In this document: one piece after another, positions 55,623 to 64,000 of the stretch
Numbering within the stretch: position 1 is the stretch's first letter
Layout of the letters: each line of letters opens with the position of its first letter
From: an uncultured delta proteobacterium
Lineage (GTDB): Bacteria; Myxococcota_A; Polyangia; Fen-1088
Direction: 5' to 3'
Assembly (NCBI GenBank): GCA_963767925.1
Contig: CAVYGB010000009.1
Location: forward strand, 32,001-96,000
Length of the DNA stretch: 64,000 nt
The notes under the pieces: model-generated
Seen by the model: the letters and a program-made list of their open reading frames with translations, nothing else
Database searches by the model: none
What the model was told of the DNA's origin: nothing
Program-made: the position numbers and the translations under genes

Positions 55623-56606
55623 ATGACGATGCAAACTGGAACGATGGGTGAAGGAATGAACGACCGTGCGGACGTCAGGGCGAACGTCACGACGATCTTG
55701 CCCCCGCGGCTGAGCTGGGGGGCGATCTTTGGCGGCGCCGTAGCGGCGCTGTCGCTCTGGGTGCTGCTCTACTCTTTGGGCCTGGCGCTCGGCCTCTCGA
55801 CGGTCGAGCCGGATGATCCCGGCAGCGTCCGATCGTCGGGCATCTTCACCGGGGTTTACGGGCTCATCGCGCCCCTCATCGCGCTGTTCGTCGGCGGTGT
55901 GGTGGCCGGACGGGTCTCCGGGGTCTTCGAGAAGGGATCGGATCTGATCCATGGGCTGCTGATGTGGGGGATGACCACCCTGCTCGGAACCTGGCTGGTG
56001 ATCACGCTGCTCGGGAGCCTGGTCAGCGGGGTCGCCTCCGCTGGCAAGGCGGCCGTTGCCGCCGGCGGAGCCGCAGCGGGAGCCCTCGCGCAGGGCGTGG
56101 AGGGGGCCTCCGGCTTGCCCGGGGCGGTCGGCGTCGACGCCGAAGATGCGCTCGCTCCCATCAACCAGCGGCTGCGTGCGGAGGGCAAGCCGAGCATCAC
56201 CGCGGCCCAGCTGCAGAGCACCATCCGAGACGGTGTCCAGCAGTCGGTGCGCCAGGGCCGCGTCGATCGCAGCATCCTCGTGCAATCGATCGCGCAAAAC
56301 ACCGCGCTCAGCCAGCGGGATGCCGACGAGCTGGCCGGCCGACTGGAGGCCCAGCTCAACCAGGCGCGTGCCCAGCTGACCGAGCGCGCAAGGAGCGCCG
56401 GACAGGCTGCGCAAGGCGGCGCCCTCCGGGCCGCGGACGCCACCGGCAAGGCCTTCTGGGGGGTGTTTGGCGCCCTGTTGCTCGGGTTGGCCGCGGCGAT
56501 GGCCGGGTCGAGGGTCGGGATGAATCGCGGCCGGAGAAGGCTCTCACCCGAGCCGGAGGGCCGGGTCAGTCCGCCCGTCCTCCGCGAGCAATCCGGCCAC
56601 GCCTGA
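55623..56606 (+). CDS. Membrane protein with four hydrophobic segments and a helical insert
   Basis: GAGGAG RBS; RLSWGAIFGG, HGLLMWG, AFWGVFGALLLG. Confidence 0.8.
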   Translation: MTMQTGTMGEGMNDRADVRANVTTILPPRLSWGAIFGGAVAALSLWVLLYSLGLALGLSTVEPDDPGSVRSSGIFTGVYGLIAPLIALFVGGVVAGRVSGVFEKGSDLIHGLLMWGMTTLLGTWLVITLLGSLVSGVASAGKAAVAAGGAAAGALAQGVEGASGLPGAVGVDAEDALAPINQRLRAEGKPSITAAQLQSTIRDGVQQSVRQGRVDRSILVQSIAQNTALSQRDADELAGRLEAQLNQARAQLTERARSAGQAAQGGALRAADATGKAFWGVFGALLLGLAAAMAGSRVGMNRGRRRLSPEPEGRVSPPVLREQSGHA

Positions 56607-56817
56607 CCAGGCGGATCCGAGCCTTGGAGACTGCCCCGGCGGCGAACGCGAACACGTCGCATCGAAGCGGGCCGCGTCAGGTCCCGGGCCCAGGCCGCGT
56701 CGATGCCCATCCATCGGTTCGGACGGACGTTCGCCCGGCACCACGTATGACGGCGTGGTGTCGGGCGGTCGAGTGAAAGCTAGAATTGTCGCGGCCTCTT
56801 CGGTCTCGTCGGGCACG

Positions 56818-57177
56818 TTATTGCGGGGGGCTCTTCGTCATGAGCTCTCGAATATCGTGCGCGTGATGGTCGACCTGCTCCTTGAGCACGAGAGCTTGGC
56901 GTCGAATGCTCGTCGTCGACCTTTCATGCTCAGCATGTCCGCGAGGACGCGTTTGATGCTGAGGTGCTCTTCCGCCGATTCCAGGACCAAATCCTCGGTC
57001 TTGCTGGATTCGACGGCCGGGTAGAACAGCCGCTCTTCGATGGCTGCGTGCGCTGCGAGCTTGTCGGCCATCTCGTGAAGAGCGCCGCCTTCCTGTCGTT
57101 GCTCGGGCCTTCTCCAGCTTTGTCAGCAAGTCATCGACCTCGGTGTGCTGCTCCTCGAGCAGCTTCAAAGCGTCCAT
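56818..57177 (-). pseudogene. Hemerythrin-domain protein, frameshifted/truncated
   Basis: MDALKLLEEQH; LAAHAAIEERLFYP...EEH in a second frame; LKEQVDHH back in the first. Confidence 0.78.
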
Positions 57178-57589
57178 ATGAGCTCCTTCAGACCTGCCGC
57201 TATTGTCATCTCGTACATTGGATTCATTTCATTCCTCTGCCGGTCACTTGGTCCCAATCGGAGAACGAATCAGCTCTCCTCCGTGCGCTGAAAATGCGTC
57301 GCCCACGGGCGAGCGGTGAGCTTGGCGAGCAAGGAGCTGGACGACCCTTGGCCGAGGATCGGACACGCAAGGAGATCGTCTCCCGGCCCCACCGCCCCGC
57401 CTCGAGCGGTGATCGCACGCCACGCAAAGGACGTCGGCCAGGTTGCAGGTCCGGACGCATCTTGACACCGCCTTCCTTGTCGGCGGTCCACCCACCCGCG
57501 GGCCCGGAAAGCAATGCGCAAAACCTGGTCGCTTCGGGCGGCGGCCGGGTATCTTCAGGGGTCACCAACCTCGCAACGCCGGAGTATCC

Positions 57590-59785
57590 ATGAAACTTCT
57601 CGTGAAAGTGACCGCCTGCCTCAGCGCGGTCGGTCTGACGCTGGCCCTCGGGCTGAACGGGTCGGCCGCCGACCCTCGCGCGGTGGCGGCGACCGAGGCC
57701 AACATCACGCGGCTGACGGCGGGCGTTCTGGAGCGGTCGCAGTTCGCGCACCACCCACTCGACAGCGAGCTGGCCGGGAAGTTCCTCGACCGCTACCTCG
57801 ATGCCCTCGACGGATCGCGCTCGGTCCTCACCGGGGAGGATCTGGCGGAGTTCGCCGCCTACCGGACGTCGCTGTCGCAGTCGACGCGCACCACGGGGGA
57901 CACGGCGCCGGCCCACGCCATCTTCGCCCGCTACCTGCAGCGCCTGGAGCAGCGTGTGGCCCACGCCACCAAGCTGCTGCGGTCGGAGAAGTTCAGCTTC
58001 ACGGGTCAGGACACCTTCTCCTTCGATCGCTCGAAGGCCGAGCGGCCGGCCGATCCGGCGGCCGCGCAGGCGCTCTGGCGGCAGCAGGTCCGCTTCGAGT
58101 ACCTGCAGGAGAAGCTGGGCGACAAGCGCCCCGCCCAGATCGTGACCACGCTGACCAAACGCTACGACCAGCAGCTTCGCACGATGAAGAAGCTCAAGCG
58201 GGACGATGTCCTCGAGGTCTACCTGAACTCGCTGGCCCAGGTCTACGACCCGCACTCGGACTACATGGGGCACCAGCAGCTCGAGACCTTCTCCATGCAC
58301 ATGAACCTCAAGCTGTTCGGCATCGGCGCCGTGCTGCGGAGCGAGGACGGCTACACCCAGATCCAGGAGCTGGTGGCGGGCGGCCCGGCGGCCCAGAGCG
58401 GCCTGCTCAAGCCCGGCGACCGGATCACCGCCGTGGCCCAGGGCTCCAAGGAGCCGGTGGACATCGTGAACATGCCCATCTCCCACGCCGTCGAGATGAT
58501 CCGGGGGCCGAAGGGGTCGACGGTGACGTTGACCGTCCTCCCGGCCGGGGCGGCCGAGGGGGCGCCGCCGAAGAAGGTCGTCCTCGTGCGCGACGAGATC
58601 AAGCTCGAGGAGCAGGAGAGCAAGGCCCGCATCCTCGACTGGCCCGCCGAGGGGGGTAAGACCCTGCGGCTCGCCGTGATCGATCTGCCCTCCTTCTACG
58701 CCGACCTGGGCGGGCGGGACGGCAGCGGTGGGCGCAGCGCCACCACCGACGTCAACCGCCTGCTGACCAAGCTGAAGACGGAGCGGGTGGAGGGGATCGC
58801 CCTCGACCTGCGGCGCAACGGCGGTGGGTCTCTCGAGGAGGCCATCAAGCTCACCGGCCTCTTCATCCGCAGCGGTCCGGTGGTCCAGACCCGGGGCCCG
58901 GAGGGCGACGTCGAGCTCGGCAACGACACCGATCCGTCGGTTCAATACGACGGACCCCTCGTCGTGTTGACCAGTCGCTTCAGCGCCTCCGCCTCGGAGA
59001 TCCTGGCCGGCGCCGTGCGGGACTACGGCCGCGCCGTCGTCGTCGGCGATCCGGCGACCTTCGGGAAGGGCACCGTGCAGACCCTCATGCCCCTCGCCCC
59101 CTTGATGGACCGCAGCGGCCTCACCTACAGCTACGACCCCGGCGCGCTCAAGATCACCATCCGCAAGTTCTACCGCCCGGCCGGCGCGTCGACCCAGCTC
59201 CGGGGGGTCCCCTCCGACATCGTGCTCCCGTCGCTGACCGAGGCGAGTGACATGAGCGAGGCGTCGCTGACCAACCCCCTGGCCTGGGACTCGGTGCCGG
59301 CCGCGCGCTACCAGCCCGTGAACCTGGTCCAGCCTCACCTCGCTGCCCTGAAGGAGGCCTCCGTCAAGAGGGTGGCGGCCGACAAGGAGTTCGAGTTCCT
59401 GCGCGAGCAGATCGCGCTCATCAAGAAGGGCGTCGCGGAGAAGTCGGTCTCGCTGAACGAGGCGGAGCGCCGCAAGGAGCTGGCCGAGGCGAAGGCCCAG
59501 CGCGAGCGCCGCCTGGCGCAGGCCAAGCTGCTCCAGACCAGCCGGCCCACGACCTACGAGATCCGACTCAAGAACACCGCCTCGCCCGGGCTGCCCCCGC
59601 CCCTGGCCGTGGCGAGCGGCGACACCGCCCAGGCGAAGACGTCGGCGAAGAAGAAGCTCGGCCACGGCGAGGCAGCCCCCGAGGAGGGCCTGCAGCTCGA
59701 CGAGATCACCCTGAACGAGACCCTCCGCATCCTCGCCGACTACGTTCGCCTCACGAAAGAAAAGCCCGCTCCCCCCCCGCGCTAG
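57590..59785 (+). CDS. prc: Carboxy-terminal processing protease (tail-specific protease, S41A)
   Basis: YDPHSDY, GIGAVL PDZ, DLRRNGGGSL, SASASEI, TFGKGTVQ, KFYRPAGASTQLRGV. Confidence 0.93.
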   Translation: MKLLVKVTACLSAVGLTLALGLNGSAADPRAVAATEANITRLTAGVLERSQFAHHPLDSELAGKFLDRYLDALDGSRSVLTGEDLAEFAAYRTSLSQSTRTTGDTAPAHAIFARYLQRLEQRVAHATKLLRSEKFSFTGQDTFSFDRSKAERPADPAAAQALWRQQVRFEYLQEKLGDKRPAQIVTTLTKRYDQQLRTMKKLKRDDVLEVYLNSLAQVYDPHSDYMGHQQLETFSMHMNLKLFGIGAVLRSEDGYTQIQELVAGGPAAQSGLLKPGDRITAVAQGSKEPVDIVNMPISHAVEMIRGPKGSTVTLTVLPAGAAEGAPPKKVVLVRDEIKLEEQESKARILDWPAEGGKTLRLAVIDLPSFYADLGGRDGSGGRSATTDVNRLLTKLKTERVEGIALDLRRNGGGSLEEAIKLTGLFIRSGPVVQTRGPEGDVELGNDTDPSVQYDGPLVVLTSRFSASASEILAGAVRDYGRAVVVGDPATFGKGTVQTLMPLAPLMDRSGLTYSYDPGALKITIRKFYRPAGASTQLRGVPSDIVLPSLTEASDMSEASLTNPLAWDSVPAARYQPVNLVQPHLAALKEASVKRVAADKEFEFLREQIALIKKGVAEKSVSLNEAERRKELAEAKAQRERRLAQAKLLQTSRPTTYEIRLKNTASPGLPPPLAVASGDTAQAKTSAKKKLGHGEAAPEEGLQLDEITLNETLRILADYVRLTKEKPAPPPR

Positions 59786-60219
59786 GTCCTCTCGACGACC
59801 CGAGCGCCGATCGAAACGCGCGCCGATCCAGGCACTGCCTGAGAGGCGAGGCGGGGGCGATACGACGGTCCGCAGGCGGCGTCGCGACCGCGCCTTGCGT
59901 CGGCCGCATCCCGGCACGCCCGCGGCGAGGTGCGTTGCTGTAACCTTTTGGGTCGTGCGCGGCGTTGCCGTCGTTACGTTTCTGCTGGTTGCCGCCGGCT
60001 GCGAGGCCGGGGAGCCGCCCCTGGATCTGGATGCCCTCGGCCCGGTGGGGGGATCCAGCGGGTCGGATGCGGGTTCGCTCGAAAGTCTGCGGGCGACGGA
60101 ACGGCGGGGAGGGGGGGAAAGAGTCGGGAGCATTTCTTTCCTTGCAAGGCCACTGCAACGGGGTACGACAGGTCCTGACACGCAGCCCTCACTTCGTATC
60201 CTGGATAGGGCCGAGCCCC

Positions 60220-61266
60220 ATGAAGCACTGCGCCGAGACCGTCCTTTCCCCTCCCTCCAACTTCCCGCCGCGGGGCTACCTGGTCATCCTGACCGGTCTG
60301 GTCCTCGCGCTGGTCCCCGCGGCTGGCTGCCGCCGCGGCCTCGAGCCGCCAGGGATCGAAGAGATGCCGATCGATCCCACCGGGAGCAGCCGGCCGTCGG
60401 CGATGCCGCGGCCGCCGTCGATCGACCCGCCCGCCGGCGCGGTGCGGCCGGCTCCGTCTTCGATCGCGGACGGCGGTAGCGACGGCCGGTCGCCAGCCGA
60501 CGGTGCCAGCGATGTGGCGGCGCTGCCGCCCCCGCCTCCGCCCACGCCCGCGCCGCCCGCGCCATCGCCACCGGATGGCGGGGTGGGGGACACCGGCTCG
60601 ACGATGGGCCTGGACCGAGGGCTGCTGCTGCTGCTGCGGCTGGAGGATGGCCCCGGTTCGCTCGTCGCGCGCGATGACTCGGGAAACGGCAACCGCGTCT
60701 CGCTCGTGGGTCTGGATCCGGCCAAGGCCTGGGTTCCGGGAAAGTTCGGCGGCGGGCTCGATTTTCAGATCGGCAGCGGCGCCCGGACCGGCCACCTCGC
60801 GGTGGACGGGTCGCCCAGCCTCGACCGGATCCGGACGGCGCTGACCATCGCGGTCTGGATCGTCCGGCCCGCGGGCCGGCACGGATCGATCGTGGCCCGG
60901 CGCTCGGCCTTCGGGGCGTCGGCCTACCAGCTCGAGATCGGCGGCGGCGACTCGCCCGAGGCGCTGCTCGAGGCCGAGGGTGGCCCCCGCCTCGCGCTGA
61001 TGACGGATGCCAAGGTGATGGCAAACCGCTGGACACACCTGGCCTTCACCTACGACGGCCAGGCCGGGCGCCTGTACGTGGACGGCCAGGTCGTGAGCCG
61101 GGCCCCCTACACCGCGCCGCTCGCCGCCGTTCCCGGCTCGCCGCTGCTCATCGCCGCCGACCTGCGGCTGGACCCCCGCGCGCCCCTGTTTCCCCGCCTG
61201 GACGACCTGCGGGTCTACGACCGAGCGCTGTCGGACGCCGAGGTAGCGGCGCTCGCCGGCCCGTAG
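60220..61266 (+). CDS. LamG/concanavalin-like domain lipoprotein
   Basis: VPAAGC; Pro-rich linker; ARDDSGNGN, WTHLAFTYDG..LYVDG, LDDLRVYDRALS. Confidence 0.85.
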   Translation: MKHCAETVLSPPSNFPPRGYLVILTGLVLALVPAAGCRRGLEPPGIEEMPIDPTGSSRPSAMPRPPSIDPPAGAVRPAPSSIADGGSDGRSPADGASDVAALPPPPPPTPAPPAPSPPDGGVGDTGSTMGLDRGLLLLLRLEDGPGSLVARDDSGNGNRVSLVGLDPAKAWVPGKFGGGLDFQIGSGARTGHLAVDGSPSLDRIRTALTIAVWIVRPAGRHGSIVARRSAFGASAYQLEIGGGDSPEALLEAEGGPRLALMTDAKVMANRWTHLAFTYDGQAGRLYVDGQVVSRAPYTAPLAAVPGSPLLIAADLRLDPRAPLFPRLDDLRVYDRALSDAEVAALAGP

Positions 61267-61501
61267 CCGATCAGGGGTCCGCGCCTGTTGCTGTCGGCAA
61301 GCGGGGCAGGTCGATGGAGAAGACGCAGCCTTGTCCGGGCAAGTCGCGCACCGCGATCAGGCCGTCGCTGGCCTCGACGCCCTTGCGGCTGATGTGGTGG
61401 CGGCGCTGGCGCGGAGGACGTCGTCTCGGGCCGGGGGCGGCGCGGCCCGGGAGACGACGTCTCCGGCCGGCGCCGCCTCGGTCCGTTCACTTCTGTCTTG
61501 C

Positions 61502-62428
61502 TCAGGGCAAGCTGGAGTGAGAGGCCCGCTCGACGACGATCTCAACGCGGCGGTTGTTTGCCCGTCCCTCGGCGGTGCCGTTCTCCGCGACGGGCCGCTC
61601 CTGACCGATGCCTTTGGCCGTGATCTTGTCCGCGGGATAGCCCCGGGAGACCAGGTACGACCGCACGGAATCGGCCCGACGCTGCGACAGCGACAGGTTC
61701 GACCCGCGCGCGCCCCGGGAGTCGCTGTGTCCCTCCACGATCACGGTGCGTTCCTTGGCCGCCATGAGCGCGCCCGCGACATCATCCAGGCGGGTCTGGG
61801 CCGCGGGGAGCAGCGCGGCCTGGTTGGTGGCGAACAGGACGCTGCCCGAAAGGGTGATCACCAGGCCGCGCTGTTCTTCCTTGGCCGCCAGCTTGGCCAG
61901 GGCCTCGTTCGCCGCCACGGCTTCCTGCTTGGAGGCGGCGGCCTTGCTGTCCGCCTCGGCGCGCGCGGCCCGCTCGGCGGTCAGATCCGTGGCCATCGCC
62001 TGTTGCGTTCTGCCCGCTTCGGCGAGCTGGGCCTGCGTCTTGCCGAGGTCGCTCTTGGCCCCTGCGAGCAGCTCTCCCTGGCGCTTCTGATATGCTGCCT
62101 CGGCCGCCTGGCGCTCGCCTTCGGCCAGCGCGGTGGAGCCGGCCGCCTCGGCCGTCTCCGCCTTGCGCTCCGCCACGTAGGCCAGGTCGGTCGCTTCGGA
62201 CTCGGCGCCGGCGGAGAAGGCCTGCTCGGCCCTGTCGAGGGCGACCTTTGCTTTGTGCAGCTCGACGGAGGCCGCCTTGCCCTCCGCGCTGGCTGCCGCC
62301 TGATCGTACCTGGCCCGCGCGCTGACCAGTTGCGCCGGGGGCGCGGTCGCGCAGCCGAGCAAAGCCACGAGCGGAAGCAGCCTGGTCCACTTCCGGCCAC
62401 CAACACCACCACCATCGATCGTCTTCAT
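61502..62428 (-). CDS. OmpA-family lipoprotein with an N-terminal DUF4398-like helical region
   Basis: LLGC lipobox; GLVITLSGSVLF, VEGHSD, NLSLSQRRA, NRRVEI. Confidence 0.92.
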   Translation of the reverse strand: MKTIDGGGVGGRKWTRLLPLVALLGCATAPPAQLVSARARYDQAAASAEGKAASVELHKAKVALDRAEQAFSAGAESEATDLAYVAERKAETAEAAGSTALAEGERQAAEAAYQKRQGELLAGAKSDLGKTQAQLAEAGRTQQAMATDLTAERAARAEADSKAAASKQEAVAANEALAKLAAKEEQRGLVITLSGSVLFATNQAALLPAAQTRLDDVAGALMAAKERTVIVEGHSDSRGARGSNLSLSQRRADSVRSYLVSRGYPADKITAKGIGQERPVAENGTAEGRANNRRVEIVVERASHSSLP

Positions 62429-62454
62429 TTGTCCGTCCTCAGTCGAATCGCCAC

Positions 62455-62808
62455 TCATCTGACCGTGCCTTCCATGGTCCTGACCTTCTCCTTGGCCTTC
62501 TGAGCGTCCGCGCGGGCCGCGCTGCTGCGCGCGAGGGCCAGCGCCAGCTCGGCGTCCGCCTGGGAACGCATGAGCATCCGGGCGGCATCGGGCCGCTGTT
62601 CCTCGGCCGTCATGGTCCGGGCCCGTTCGAGCTGCTCCTTGGCGAGCTGCAGTCGCAACGCCGCCTCGGGGACCCGGGCGGCGCCGAGCTCCTCGGCGGA
62701 GCGGATCGCGGCCGAGGGTCCCTCCGTGTTCTGGGGGTAAGCTGTCGTGGCGCAGGCTCCCAGCCCGGTCAGCAGCGAGAAAACGATCAAACCTGTTCGT
62801 GAAGTCAT
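62455..62808 (-). CDS. DUF4398-like lipoprotein
   Basis: LGAC lipobox; AIRSAEELGA..VPEAALRLQLAKEQ...ADAELALALAR; directly upstream of the OmpA gene. Confidence 0.85.
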   Translation of the reverse strand: MTSRTGLIVFSLLTGLGACATTAYPQNTEGPSAAIRSAEELGAARVPEAALRLQLAKEQLERARTMTAEEQRPDAARMLMRSQADAELALALARSSAARADAQKAKEKVRTMEGTVR

Positions 62809-62853
62809 GACGCTCCCGATTCCCTTCTTGGCAGAGTCCCTGCGCTGGGCCTC

Positions 62854-62869
62854 AGCAAGTTCGATGCCG
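62854..62869 (-). promoter_or_regulatory. Sigma-54 promoter of the DUF4398-ompA operon
   Basis: Minus strand CGGCATCGAACTTGCT = GG-N10-GC, ~45 nt upstream of the start. Confidence 0.6.
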
Positions 62870-63006
62870 CTGAGCGCGTCCTGACACCGCAGCGAAATCC
62901 GGGTGGTGGCCGCGCAAGACCCGGCGCCTGGAGGGAACGATTCTCCGCAAATTGCGCGATCGGCGCCTCTGCGGGCACGGGTCACGACGAGGGACCCGGC
63001 CGGGCG

Positions 63007-63351
63007 TCACCCGCGCCCGGGGCCTCGAGGGGGAGGTTCGGACCGGGAGGCGCCCGCGGGCGGGGCCCGTTCGGCCTGCGACCGGGCGAAGCACACGAGC
63101 TCGTTGAGCAGCCGCTCGAGGCGACGGAGCGCCTGCTCCACCCGCTTCGCCACCGGCTTCAGGGTGGCCGGTCGACAGCCGGGTTGCTCGACTCGCTGCT
63201 GGAGCACGGCCAGCTGCAGGAGCGCGCCGTTGAGGGGGTTGTGCAGCTCGTGCGAGATCCCCTCGGCCAGGGGGCCCAGGGCCGCCAGCCGCTCGACCAG
63301 AGACGCCCGGCCCGCGGTCTCGTCCGCGGCATTCAGGTCGACGTCGTTCAT
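63007..63351 (-). CDS. Stand-alone HisKA (phospho-acceptor) domain protein
   Basis: ERLAALGPLAEGISHELHNPLN H-box; no ATP-binding domain follows. Confidence 0.7.
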   Translation of the reverse strand: MNDVDLNAADETAGRASLVERLAALGPLAEGISHELHNPLNGALLQLAVLQQRVEQPGCRPATLKPVAKRVEQALRRLERLLNELVCFARSQAERAPPAGASRSEPPPRGPGRG

Positions 63352-63378
63352 GTTTGCCCAGCCATGTTGCCCGAACCC

Positions 63379-63394
63379 AGCAGACCCCGTGCCA
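63379..63394 (-). promoter_or_regulatory. Sigma-54 promoter upstream of the HisKA-only gene
   Basis: Minus strand TGGCACGGGGTCTGCT = TGGCAC...GC at -24/-12 spacing. Confidence 0.65.
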
Positions 63395-63463
63395 GGAACA
63401 AAGCCGAGCTTTGGCGGGCGCTTGCGCCGTCCGCCGTCACGGGCGGGGACCCGGAGCGCGCAA

Positions 63464-64000
63464 TTACCGGTGCAGGCGCTCGTGTCCGACCAATCGCTGC
63501 GCGGCTTCGCTGCCGGAGTGTGGCGCCGCGACCGTCCCCAGGGCCGCCGCTCTCGGCTCGTCCTTGGGCGCGCTCCCGTACTTTTGCATGCGGTACTGAA
63601 CGGCGCGCACGCTCATCCCCAGGATGGCCGCGGCCTTGCTGGTCGAGCCGCCCGTCGCCTCCAGCGTGGCCAGGATCGCGTGGCGCTCGATCTCTGCCAT
63701 CGTCGACCCCGGGATGATGACCGCCGCTCCGTCCGCCGACGGTGGCCTCAGGTTGGCGGGCAGCTCACCGGAGGTGATGCGGGGACCGCTCGCCAGCACC
63801 ACCGCCCGTTCGACGACGTTCTCGAGCTCGCGGACGTTCCCTGGCCAGTCGTAGGCCGACAGCCGGGCCATGGCCTCGTCGGTGAAGCCTTCGACGCGCT
63901 TGCCGTTCTGGGCGGTGAACTGGCGAAGAAAGTGGCTGGCCAGGACGCCGATGTCCGAGCGCCTGTGGCGCAGGGCCGGCGTCTCGATGTTGATGACGTT
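63464..64000 (-). CDS. Sigma-54-dependent enhancer-binding regulator (Fis-HTH), C-terminal part; starts beyond the window
   Basis: PALRHRRSDI, YDWPGNVRELENVVERAV, IERHAILATL..TGGSTSKAAAILG. Confidence 0.92.
   Translation of the reverse strand, partial: NVINIETPALRHRRSDIGVLASHFLRQFTAQNGKRVEGFTDEAMARLSAYDWPGNVRELENVVERAVVLASGPRITSGELPANLRPPSADGAAVIIPGSTMAEIERHAILATLEATGGSTSKAAAILGMSVRAVQYRMQKYGSAPKDEPRAAALGTVAAPHSGSEAAQRLVGHERLHR

Noticed and set aside
59939..59966. ECF-type promoter motif TGTAACC-N17-CGTT (similar TGTAACC at 25514)
   Set aside because: Short match with inconsistent spacing and -10 element; cannot be supported without a genome-wide motif test.

Overview
Very GC-rich window that looks myxobacterial (Polyangia-like), judged by gene content: PEGA, Oar-like TonB receptor, beta/gamma-crystallin lipoprotein, sigma-54 promoters and an Mx8-type integrase layout. 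Bases 1-4460 are the decayed end of an integrative element at a tRNA-Arg(CCG) gene. They hold an IS4 end, an IS21 remnant, an internally deleted IS3 and a dead tyrosine-integrase fragment whose frame runs antisense through the tRNA. Next come a MacAB-like ABC operon full of indels (probably sequence error) and an lhr-nei repair operon. Further on are secreted hydrolases, a divergent TTC38-like/AAA-regulator pair, an orphan pelA-pelB-SH3 operon, a TetR-hydrolase unit with two operators and a plant/fungal-type class III chitinase. A scrambled mosaic of gene fragments (52.5-57.2 kb) precedes prc and a sigma-54 DUF4398/OmpA locus. Signals not explained by ordinary annotation: (i) a dispersed ~60/128-bp REP-like palindrome family, one copy fused to a perfect 16x12-bp array built from its own first bases, with short tandem duplications beside two of the copies; (ii) two genes that appear to start at ATT/ATC behind good Shine-Dalgarno motifs, one absent from the ORF track; (iii) a hairpin-dense non-coding stretch in the island. 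All calls come from reading motifs; no searches were run.
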